Source: Bdellovibrionota bacterium
GTDB lineage: Bacteria > Bdellovibrionota_C > UBA2361 > OMII01
Reading direction: 5' to 3'
NCBI GenBank assembly: GCA_044356215.1
Contig: JBIKWQ010000081.1
Span: 1 to 13,097 of the forward strand
Length of the DNA stretch: 13,097 bases
Positions 5,472 through 13,097 of the stretch are shown one piece after another; position 1 is the stretch's first letter; each line of letters begins with the position of its first letter. The notes under the pieces were generated by a model. It searched no databases and was not told the DNA's origin. It saw only the letters and a program-made list of their open reading frames with translations. The translations under genes were made by a program, and so were the position numbers.

Positions 5472-7645
5472 TGCACTTACCAGCTCTCAAACTAAAAACC
5501 ATTCTTTTCAATATCTTATCATTACTGGCATGCGCCATTCCAGCCACACTATTCGCCCAGGAGAGCACCTCTCAACCCAACTCCGCAGATACCTACCATC
5601 TTAGCCCGGTTATCGTTCAGGGCCAAGGGAACCGCTCGCTACCGCTTTCGGCTCCACTACCTGAGGTCTCAGGTACTCAGATTAACTCGGGTAAGAAGAC
5701 CACCGTTGCCGACCTCGGAGCTGTTCCCGCGATTACTTCTAACAACTACCGACAAGCCTTTACCCAACTGCCAGGTCTACTCACATCTGAGGTTAGCAAC
5801 GAATCATTTACGAGCTTTAGCTACCGCGGTTTAGGGGATCCACACGAATCATTCAACATGAACGTGCTACGTAACGGAATACCGATCTCCGCTGATATGT
5901 ACGGCTATCCAGCAAGTTATTATCAGCCACCAATGGATTCTGTTGACTCGATTCAGTTTGTGCGAGGTGGAGCCTCACTTATTTACGGCCCACAGGTAGG
6001 CGGCGCTGTTAACTTTATTACCAGGAAGCCCGCCCCAGATGCTCCCGCTGCTGTTCACTCAAAACAGGTCTTTGGAAGCAAGAACTTCTTCTCTACCTAC
6101 AATGAGCTTAGTGGCACAGTAGATAACGTAAGCTACATGGGATTCTTTCACCGCAGACAATCTGATGGCTTTCGCGATGAGAACTCGGATTACGGCGTAA
6201 ACAACGGAAATGTAATGTTCGCTGTTGATTCATCTCCGGACGCCACCTGGACATTTGAGTTCGACGCTTACGACGCCGATCACGGGGAAGCTGGTGGACT
6301 AACTCTTGAAAGCGGTGAGGGTCTAGCGAATTACAATCAAGACCGATATCAATCATCGGTTCTGTTCGACCGTCTGCGTGTAGAGCGATACGCCGCGACG
6401 ATCGGCCTAGAGTACGAAGCTGATTCAAACACAACTATCACAGCCCGCGCCTTTGGATGGTACTATGACCGTTTTAGCCGCCGTCAGAATCCAGGGACAG
6501 CAAATCCTTTCGGAGGGATCTATAACGGCTCTACAAATACTATCGCCGACCAACAATTCTCGACTATTGGACTCGACACCCGCGTCGCTCATAGCTGGAA
6601 GATGGGAGGTGAGGAACAAAATTTAGCCGCTGGTTTACTGCTCTACGGCGTTGATTCTCCTTTTACACAGGAGCAGGGAATGACTCCTTGGTCAGATAGT
6701 GGAGTTCTACAAAAAGATGTAGACCGATCCACTCGCACCGCGGCGCTATTCGCGGAGAATCGCTTTAATTTTGGACGGCTTAAGATCGTTCCGGGCGCGA
6801 GGCTTGAGATGATCGATATCGGCATAGACGAAAATATCCCAACAACACCCGAGCTGGGGCTTCGCAATGAAGATGATTTCTCCGCGGTATTATTACCAGG
6901 AGTCGGAATCGCTTACGACCTAGGTGGCAACACCGAAACCTACGCCAATGCCACCACCGGCTATAAGCCGCGAGCCTATTCTGATGTTGTACCACTAAAT
7001 AGCGGAGACACCATCAGTAGCGATCTCGATCCAGCTCGCTCAACTATGTACGAAACTGGAGTGCGCGGAACCCCACTTAGTTGGATGCGTTTTGACTCCA
7101 GTGTCTTCTTGGCCAGCTTTACAGATCAGTTCGGACGGGTTGGATCCAACATTCAAAACGTGGGAGATTCTAGAACATACGGCCTAGACCTTATGACTGA
7201 ATTCGCGACTCTTCGTCTTTACGATTCGATCACCGGTTCAAAGGTGTCCGATTACTTAGGCGAGATCAACCTCTTCTGGAACGCCCAATTCCTGAATGCC
7301 GAGTTCACCGAGGGACCAGTTGACGGCAAAACACCTCAGTACGCCCCAGATTATGTGATGCGTACAGGAGCGACCTATAAGTTTGATGATAGGTACAAAT
7401 TAGCTTTCACAGGGACCTTCGTCGCTGATCATTACGCGGACGACGCAAACACAGCTAATAGATATATTCCTTCATACAAGGTGTGGGATCTAACCGCGGA
7501 AGCCGAGATAGTGCGGTCGCGCCTTTCTCTGGTGGCTGGCATAAACAATATCTTTGACGAGAACTACTACGCGCGCGTTCGCAGCAACGGAATTGATCCA
7601 GGATTACCGCGCAATGTTTACGGTGGTTTTGTGCTGAAGTTCTAG
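5471..7645 (+). CDS. TonB-dependent outer-membrane receptor, FecA-like
   Basis: Signal peptide ending LFA-QE, TonB-box-like LSPVIVQG, plug motifs (YRGL, LRNGIP, IQFVRGGASLIYGPQVGGAVNFIT), C-terminal GINNIFDENYY...PRNVYGGFVLKF with terminal Phe. Confidence 0.95.
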   Translation: MHLPALKLKTILFNILSLLACAIPATLFAQESTSQPNSADTYHLSPVIVQGQGNRSLPLSAPLPEVSGTQINSGKKTTVADLGAVPAITSNNYRQAFTQLPGLLTSEVSNESFTSFSYRGLGDPHESFNMNVLRNGIPISADMYGYPASYYQPPMDSVDSIQFVRGGASLIYGPQVGGAVNFITRKPAPDAPAAVHSKQVFGSKNFFSTYNELSGTVDNVSYMGFFHRRQSDGFRDENSDYGVNNGNVMFAVDSSPDATWTFEFDAYDADHGEAGGLTLESGEGLANYNQDRYQSSVLFDRLRVERYAATIGLEYEADSNTTITARAFGWYYDRFSRRQNPGTANPFGGIYNGSTNTIADQQFSTIGLDTRVAHSWKMGGEEQNLAAGLLLYGVDSPFTQEQGMTPWSDSGVLQKDVDRSTRTAALFAENRFNFGRLKIVPGARLEMIDIGIDENIPTTPELGLRNEDDFSAVLLPGVGIAYDLGGNTETYANATTGYKPRAYSDVVPLNSGDTISSDLDPARSTMYETGVRGTPLSWMRFDSSVFLASFTDQFGRVGSNIQNVGDSRTYGLDLMTEFATLRLYDSITGSKVSDYLGEINLFWNAQFLNAEFTEGPVDGKTPQYAPDYVMRTGATYKFDDRYKLAFTGTFVADHYADDANTANRYIPSYKVWDLTAEAEIVRSRLSLVAGINNIFDENYYARVRSNGIDPGLPRNVYGGFVLKF

Positions 7646-7672
7646 AACAGGTCGTTACTGCGAGGTGTCGCC

Positions 7673-8740
7673 TCACCTCTCTAAGCGAACGATCTCACCG
7701 GTATCTTTCACATAGTGAATCTCCTGTGGGATCCCGCGCGCGACTTGGTTCTGATCAAAGGCTATCTCCTCTCCGTGCATCTTTAGCCCCTTGCGAAGGG
7801 TTGCTAGTCGGTCGGCGCTATCAAGAGCAAAAAAAGCCATCTGCGCGGCGCAATATCCCAAGTCAGCGCTTAGCATCGGAGGTCGCTTAAACACCTCTTC
7901 AAAACTCTTAGCGAACTGCGCGTTGGGTGGTCGCCTGCGGAGAAAATAAACATTTCTAGCCTGAAGTGGCGTTACTAGCTTTTGTTTTATCGCTGTCTCT
8001 ATAGCTGAGTGGCCGATAACCTTAAAATCAAGCATGCCTAGCTCGCTGCGGCGTTTAAGGAAATTGGCTAGCCCCTCTGGCTGCCCATCAACATAGGTAA
8101 CGTCTGGATTTGCAGTCCTTAATTTTAGTGCCACAACCCGCGCTTCAGAGAAACTTAAGTCTTGATACTCATATTCGCCCGCGAAAACTCTGCCTGGGCT
8201 AGAAAATATGTTACGCATCTCCTCAGCGATCGACTGACTAAATCCACTGGTAAATTTAATAACGGCGCCCTTATTTAATCCGCGCGCTCTTAGAAAAGGC
8301 TCATATACGCTGACCCAATCAGCCACCTTGCCTCCTAAAACAAAATAAGTTGAGGATGGCACGAAATCAGCGTCCTGCATCGTCTCGCAAGATAGAAGCG
8401 GAATGCCATCTCGCTCTGTAACTTTGGATAACGGCCGGATCCACCAACTGCCTGCAATTAGCAGATCAACTTTCTTTATATCCCTCAAATACCTGTATGC
8501 CGAGAGAACTTTAGTTGGATCTGATTGATCATCTTCAATAGCTAGTTCTACGGAATCTCCGGTCTTTCGCCTCTCCGACAAGGCAAGCTCTATTCCTTGA
8601 CGAACGGCTTCACCATAGGGCGCGGCGAACCCCGAGAGAGACGCGATTAAGCCGATCTTTTTGGTTGGCGAACCCGCTTGGGCGGTTACAGTGATGGAAA
8701 ATAACGTGGCGACCAATACTAAAAGACGGTGGAATTGCAT
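7673..8740 (-). CDS. Periplasmic ligand-binding protein, LivK/branched-chain amino acid ABC type (type I fold)
   Basis: Signal peptide MQFHRLLVLVATLFSITVTAQA, then KIGLIASLSGFAAPYGEAVRQGIELA and IEDDQSDP. Start set at ATG 8740, which follows an AGGAG Shine-Dalgarno. Confidence 0.85.
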   Translation of the reverse strand: MQFHRLLVLVATLFSITVTAQAGSPTKKIGLIASLSGFAAPYGEAVRQGIELALSERRKTGDSVELAIEDDQSDPTKVLSAYRYLRDIKKVDLLIAGSWWIRPLSKVTERDGIPLLSCETMQDADFVPSSTYFVLGGKVADWVSVYEPFLRARGLNKGAVIKFTSGFSQSIAEEMRNIFSSPGRVFAGEYEYQDLSFSEARVVALKLRTANPDVTYVDGQPEGLANFLKRRSELGMLDFKVIGHSAIETAIKQKLVTPLQARNVYFLRRRPPNAQFAKSFEEVFKRPPMLSADLGYCAAQMAFFALDSADRLATLRKGLKMHGEEIAFDQNQVARGIPQEIHYVKDTGEIVRLER

Positions 8741-8748
8741 ATCGACTC

Positions 8749-9048
8749 CTACTTTTTGGCAAACGCCGGACCGGTGCGACACTTTCTTACCTCTATCTCT
8801 GTCCAGACTCCCCCGATAACGTAAGGCTCAATTTTTAACCACTGATCAACTTCACTCCTGCTCGGGAAATCAACGACCATGGAGGAGCCAATCATATTGT
8901 CGTCCTCATTTAGAATCGCCGCGGCGTAAAGCAAAGTGCCTTGCGCGATCATTTTATCGCCAATTTCAAGATGAGCCGCACGAGCCGCCATTCGTCGCGC
9001 GGCGGCTTCGGAATCAGTTCCGTCGAAAGCTGTGATGAGAAATTGCAT
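8749..9048 (-). CDS. YciI family protein
   Basis: 99 aa with RMAARAAHL, MIGSSMVVDF and WLKIEPYVIGGVW. Upstream GGAG Shine-Dalgarno. Confidence 0.88.
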   Translation of the reverse strand: MQFLITAFDGTDSEAAARRMAARAAHLEIGDKMIAQGTLLYAAAILNEDDNMIGSSMVVDFPSRSEVDQWLKIEPYVIGGVWTEIEVRKCRTGPAFAKK

Positions 9049-9062
9049 ACGGATCTCCTAAA

Positions 9063-9569
9063 TTATTTATTAACTATCCTAATCTCGTTTAATAGCTCCT
9101 CAATCGGAACCTCAACTCGCATCTTCACCGTCTCCCTCGTAACCTGACGCTCAGACTTATCATTAAGCCACATTGTCTCTGGAATAGCTCTATAGATCCT
9201 TCTTAGGCTGGGACCCTGAACTAGGTCAACTCTCTGCTCAGTCTCGTCTTGCGGATACAGCAGGTGTAACGCCTTAGATATCTCGTCGCTATCCTCTATT
9301 TCGCATGCCCGCGCCTGAATGTAGAGACAACGCAAATTATTGTCTCCTCGCTTTCTAGTCGAATCGTAGAGGGTGATAAAAATCCGCGGATTCGCTCTGA
9401 TGTTACGCGAGTGCTCAGCATCCTTCCAGGAACACCAATAAAAGTTAAGACGATCGTCATGCCTCGCGTAAACTGGAGTATTCCAAGGATGGGCGTTAGC
9501 CGAAACCGTGGCGATGTTTAAATACTCAAGCGTTTGCAGTAACTCTGCTGCTCTGTGTGTTAGCTTCAT
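9063..9569 (-). CDS. Pyridoxamine 5'-phosphate oxidase-like (FMN-binding split barrel) protein
   Basis: NIATVSANAHPWNTPVY, FYWCS and AEHSRNIRANPRIFITLYDS motifs. Confidence 0.85.
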   Translation of the reverse strand: MKLTHRAAELLQTLEYLNIATVSANAHPWNTPVYARHDDRLNFYWCSWKDAEHSRNIRANPRIFITLYDSTRKRGDNNLRCLYIQARACEIEDSDEISKALHLLYPQDETEQRVDLVQGPSLRRIYRAIPETMWLNDKSERQVTRETVKMRVEVPIEELLNEIRIVNK

Positions 9570-9670
9570 CAGGTGCCCCTATCTGGTGAGTAGTTACCAA
9601 AAATGTTCTTTGCGAGCAACATTGTCCACGCTGACTTACCTCTGGACCTTCAAAAATCGTGACAAAAGAA

Positions 9671-9729
9671 TAGGGCGTCGCAGTTCTTTATCACCACAGA
9701 GGGCGCAGAGGACACAGAGAATAGGTCAT
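9671..9729 (+). repeat. Partial copy of the MITE end plus REP-like unit
   Basis: Matches the reverse complement of 5302-5360 with 6 mismatches over 59 nt (hand alignment). Confidence 0.85.
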
Positions 9730-9760
9730 TTTAGCAGCAACTACAGTCCGTGCGCACCCG

Positions 9761-10414
9761 CTAACCCCGAATATCAGTAAATAAATAGTCGTGCTCTGAG
9801 AGCGCGCAAATGAATTTGTAGCCGCGCTCGACTAGATACGCGTTCATGCGGGGAAAGGATCGACACTCAACTAGAAGCCAGCCAAACCTAAACGTATTGT
9901 GATCTACTCCCTCTAGTACCTGCAATTCGACTCCCTCTACATCAAGCGAGAATAGATCAATCTTTTTTGGCGCTTGGGCCGTGACAAGAATATCTTGAAG
10001 CGTTCTCGCTTCTGCTCCAAAAGTAAAGACCTCTTCATCCGGCTGAAGGAACTGCTTTCCTGTGAGAGCATGCTGACGTATATCGTTAATATCGCCCCCC
10101 GGAATTTCTGACACCGACATCAGATTTGAATACATTATAGGGACAAAACGCTCTGAGTATCCAAAAGGAACGCATGCGGCGCAGAATACTTTGGTTTGCG
10201 GTACTCGATTGCGCCTGCACTTAAAAAAGTTTGTGGGGAATGGCTCTACTAGAGTCCCTGTCCACTCACGATGGCGCTCGTAGTAAAGAGTGTTTGATTG
10301 AGTAACTCCATCATTGGCCCCGATCTCGAGGAAGTAACCACGGTCGTAATTGATGAAGGGCTCAAGCTTCTGATCTAAATTATTGAGTCCGAAATACTGA
10401 CGAGAGGGAGTCAT
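9761..10414 (-). CDS. FkbM family methyltransferase
   Basis: GYFLEIGANDGVTQSNT, GTLVEP and IDLFSLDVEGVELQVLEG motifs. Start more plausibly ATG 10414 (MTPSRQYFGLN) than TTG 10510. Confidence 0.9.
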   Translation of the reverse strand: MTPSRQYFGLNNLDQKLEPFINYDRGYFLEIGANDGVTQSNTLYYERHREWTGTLVEPFPTNFFKCRRNRVPQTKVFCAACVPFGYSERFVPIMYSNLMSVSEIPGGDINDIRQHALTGKQFLQPDEEVFTFGAEARTLQDILVTAQAPKKIDLFSLDVEGVELQVLEGVDHNTFRFGWLLVECRSFPRMNAYLVERGYKFICALSEHDYLFTDIRG

Positions 10415-10678
10415 ACAGTTCGCTTCTTGCCTTCTATACCTGATACTCGGGAGATCCTCACACGCCTTATCCGGGCGGCTGTTGTGGTAAGACGCCGGAA
10501 GTAGTACCAACCCGATTCATCGGTAAGATGCTAAAGTATAGCCCGACGATGCTACAAATAAGTTTAAATTAGAGCTATGATCTCGGACGACTTACCTGCA
10601 TCAAGAAATAATGTGCGCTTAATCCTTCTCTATAAGCGCGACTAGCGCTCATGGTGCGGCTCTCGTCTGCTATCTGGA

Positions 10679-11257
10679 TCAACTCTCAAGACTACCCCTA
10701 AACAGTCCCCATAAAATCCTCTTCTCTTCATCGTAATGGCGGCCCATCTCTCGCGCGCCCAGGCTATTAGTAAACAGGGCCAGCGATCGCTTATTGGGTG
10801 GATCGATCGCGATTCCTGCTAGAATCGACTTTTGATTCATCTCAATCGCCAGATCTCGAAGACTCATTAAAAGAGTTTTTCCCAATCCGGAGCCCGCACA
10901 AGAAGGGTCGACCGCGATTGTCTTGACATACATGAAAGGCTCCTGCCAGGTCGAATCTGCGGGCGCGTAATCCTTTGCTAATCCTGGCCACATCTGCAGT
11001 GCCAGCGACTTCCCGCATGCGACAACCATGCCTTGAAGCTTGCCAGTCCTCTTCACTACCAGAATCCGGGAATCCCTATCAGATAATACCCTTGCTAGAC
11101 CTGTTGTTCCAAGCGGAATATAGAGCGCGCCTGTTTCAGACAAGGCGTTTGGGGGTAGCTGCCGATAATTCCAGCAAGCTTCAAGTTTAACCATCGCCTC
11201 GACATCATCGAGAGTGGCTAATGATACCGTCGGGAGCATTTCTTTAGTTAGATTCAT
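10679..11257 (-). CDS. GNAT family N-acetyltransferase
   Basis: YVKTIAVDPSCAGSGLGKTLL acetyl-CoA motif and PPNKRSLALF. ATGA overlap with the upstream gene. Confidence 0.85.
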   Translation of the reverse strand: MNLTKEMLPTVSLATLDDVEAMVKLEACWNYRQLPPNALSETGALYIPLGTTGLARVLSDRDSRILVVKRTGKLQGMVVACGKSLALQMWPGLAKDYAPADSTWQEPFMYVKTIAVDPSCAGSGLGKTLLMSLRDLAIEMNQKSILAGIAIDPPNKRSLALFTNSLGAREMGRHYDEEKRILWGLFRGSLES

Positions 11258-12249
11258 TGTAACAACTCCCGCCCCCGAACGAGAAACTTACAGAAACTAC
11301 TCGCGTCTATATTAGCGCCGCAAACAACTACCCCAACTTTTTTGCCCTGTACCTTATCCCTTAATGGGCCGGCAATAGCAGCTAATGCAGCCGCTCCTGC
11401 TGGCTCTACTGCTAATTTCTGATCTACAAAGAGTCGATACATCCCCTCACACAACTGATCATCTGTGACTCTAACGACATCGTCTAGATAGGCGTGACAC
11501 AGCGAATAAGAATAGGGCTCGGCGTTTGGCGCCCCTAAACTATCCGCTATGGTAGCGACTTTCTCTATCGCCACCGGTTTAGCGGCCTTGATGCTTTGAA
11601 ACATCGAGTCCGCGCCGAAGGGCTCGACGCCATATACCTTAAGGGCTGGATTAATCTGCTTCGCCGCCGCTGAGAAGCCACCCGCCAATCCTCCACCTCC
11701 GATCGCTACTACCAAGACCTCTAGATCGGGAACCTGCTCCAGAAATTCAAGCGAGAGACTTCCCGTACCAAGCGCGATTAGTGGCCCCTCAAACGGGTGC
11801 ATCAGGAAACCACCGTTATCTGCGATATACCTTTGCGCCTCCTTAAACGGGTGCGCGCCGGCCGGGACTATCGTTATCTCTGCCCCTAAGGACTTACACA
11901 GTGAGATACGAAACGGGTTTGCCGGCTGCATCATAAATACGCGAGAGCTATATCCCTGTTTTGACGCGGCGAAAGCTGTGGCCGCGCCGTGATTACCCGC
12001 GCTCACGGCGACGATCCCTGATTTTAATCTTTCATCAGGGGTATTAGCTACAGTAGTCAGAGCTCCACGAGCCTTAAAAGTACCGGTGTGTTGGAAACAC
12101 TCAAGCTTTAAGTAAACATCACTTCCCTCTAGCTGCCGCGACAGTTCGCTCATGCTGTTTAACTTAACGACAGGAGTAACGATTAACTTAGACTTTAAGC
12201 TCTGATAATTCTCACGGATATCAGCTAATTTTGGTCCTACTGAAGTCAT
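11254..12249 (-). CDS. PLP-dependent threonine/serine dehydratase family protein (fold type II, no ACT domain)
   Basis: KLECFQHTGTFKARGA (PLP lysine), SAGNHG, IGGGGL, VEPAGAA and CGANID. 331 aa. Confidence 0.92.
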   Translation of the reverse strand: MTSVGPKLADIRENYQSLKSKLIVTPVVKLNSMSELSRQLEGSDVYLKLECFQHTGTFKARGALTTVANTPDERLKSGIVAVSAGNHGAATAFAASKQGYSSRVFMMQPANPFRISLCKSLGAEITIVPAGAHPFKEAQRYIADNGGFLMHPFEGPLIALGTGSLSLEFLEQVPDLEVLVVAIGGGGLAGGFSAAAKQINPALKVYGVEPFGADSMFQSIKAAKPVAIEKVATIADSLGAPNAEPYSYSLCHAYLDDVVRVTDDQLCEGMYRLFVDQKLAVEPAGAAALAAIAGPLRDKVQGKKVGVVVCGANIDASSFCKFLVRGRELLQ

Positions 12250-12863
12250 ACTCCTCCTAGATAGTTATAAACCGATGCTCTACTCACTCCTAATACTCGC
12301 GCTATATAATCAGCCGCGCGCTTCTCCTCAAAAGCGCCGGTCTTGTGTAGCTCTCTAACAAGCCGAGCGCGATCTTCTTTATTAAAGGATTCGATCGTCT
12401 TTCCGATCTCTTTAGCGAACTTGTGCGAGAAATCGTTTATTAGACTAGATAGGTCGTGTTTAAAGAGGCGTTTCGGATATTCATCTCCCGACGGCAGTGA
12501 GACTAAGAGATTAAGAGCGTCTACGATCCCTGAGAGACGGTGAGTATCGAAATTTATACACAAGAGCGCGCGCGGCTTTTTTTTCTCATCGCGGTGCAGT
12601 ACTGAGATAGCTTTCAGTACGGTGCCATCTCGGTTCATTTTCTCGTAGGGGCCGATTATATCTCCCTCTACTTCAGGATCAAAGCCGCCCAGATCAGATC
12701 TATCTCCAATCTTTCTTCCGGAATAACAATTCTCAATATGAACAACGCGACTAGTCGCTAGGTCGTGAACAACAACCTCGACATATGGCTTAAAGAGCTC
12801 CGCGATCCCACGCGCGATGGGACGGAGTTGAGATAGGTAGCTGGGGGAGGGCTGCTTAGGCAT
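12246..12863 (-). CDS. YheO-like PAS + HTH transcriptional regulator (DauR/HeuR-type)
   Basis: PYVEVVVHDL, SGRKIGD, LLCINFD and LHKTGAFEEKRAADYIARVLGVSRASVYNYL motifs. Confidence 0.92.
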   Translation of the reverse strand: MPKQPSPSYLSQLRPIARGIAELFKPYVEVVVHDLATSRVVHIENCYSGRKIGDRSDLGGFDPEVEGDIIGPYEKMNRDGTVLKAISVLHRDEKKKPRALLCINFDTHRLSGIVDALNLLVSLPSGDEYPKRLFKHDLSSLINDFSHKFAKEIGKTIESFNKEDRARLVRELHKTGAFEEKRAADYIARVLGVSRASVYNYLGGV

Positions 12864-12899
12864 TTAGATAGGCTAGTCTAGATTAGACTAGATTGTCAA
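12864..12899 (-). promoter_or_regulatory. Leaderless promoter with perfect 8-3-8 operator
   Basis: Minus strand TTGACA-18 nt-TAGCCT-6 nt-ATG. Palindrome CTAGTCTA-GAT-TAGACTAG at 12873-12891. Confidence 0.72.
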
Positions 12900-12970
12900 T
12901 AACTAGCTGTTATGCTGTTCTCGTCGTTTATGCGAATCCCATGGCTGATAGAGAGAGACCTCATCCTGCC

Positions 12971-13097
12971 CTGACTATTACCCACATTTTCCAACCATAG
13001 ATTCATAGAGTTCAGTCATAGAGGCTAGTCGTTGCCAGCCGCGCCACAAAGCGGTGCAACCGGGAGGTGGATCGAGTCTCCTTGAGAGATGGCCACC
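12971..13097 (-). mobile_element. Right end of an IS4-family (IS50/Tn5-like) insertion sequence
   Basis: Terminal IR CTGACTATTACCCACATTT (12971-12989) matches the IS50 outside end CTGACTCTTATACACAAGT at 14/19. The transposase stop lies inside the IR. Confidence 0.85.
12978..13097 (-). CDS. IS4-family transposase, C-terminal 39 aa (partial, runs off window)
   Basis: GGHLSRRLDPPPGCTALWRGWQRLASMTELYESMVGKCG* fits the Tn5-type dimerisation-domain motif LGG...R..D..PG...LWRGW.RL. Not in the ORF track. Confidence 0.88.
   Translation of the reverse strand, partial: GGHLSRRLDPPPGCTALWRGWQRLASMTELYESMVGKCG

Noticed and set aside
5249..9729. ACCACAGAGGGCGCAGAGGACACAGAG repeats as a CRISPR array
   Set aside because: The copies are inverted or kilobases apart, with no regular spacers and no cas genes.
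11254..12249. Assigning ilvA, tdcB, eutB or serine racemase
   Set aside because: No ACT domain, Ala at the racemase Ser position and no ectoine genes nearby; the substrate cannot be determined from sequence.
779..12543. Short shadow ORFs (e.g. 779-982, 1111-1305, 1377-1658, 1680-1874, 2660-3019, 4068-4340, 6108-6434, 9508-9780, 12343-12543)
   Set aside because: They are antisense or out of frame to well-supported genes, pseudogenes or repeats and carry no recognisable motifs.
13020..13097. Resemblance to RNase P, 6S or tmRNA
   Set aside because: The hallmark motifs are missing and the sequence is explained by the transposase C-terminus on the minus strand.

Overview
Bacterial accessory region of roughly 50% GC (by eye) with no CRISPR array, rRNA or tRNA. 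Bases ~1-4140 look like a decaying, integrase-less integron cassette array (CALIN-like). Two clear 56-bp attC-type sites and two weaker ones separate + strand genes: a chimeric membrane-protein ORF, a RelE/HigB-HigA-like toxin-antitoxin pair, a broken P-loop kinase pseudogene and an SDR. Between them sit a minus-strand Phd/YefM-VapC pair, a truncated ORF6N gene and REP-like repeats. Downstream are an RsmB/RsmF-family m5C methyltransferase, a 160-bp MITE-like element with an 11-12 bp target duplication that separates that gene from its probable RBS, and a FecA-like TonB-dependent receptor. On the minus strand follow a split-barrel flavoprotein/YciI/orphan LivK-like cluster, an FkbM methyltransferase, a YheO-like regulator/PLP dehydratase/GNAT operon, and the right end of an IS4-family (IS50/Tn5-like) element at the window edge. 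Family assignments are from motif recognition by eye; no database searches were run.
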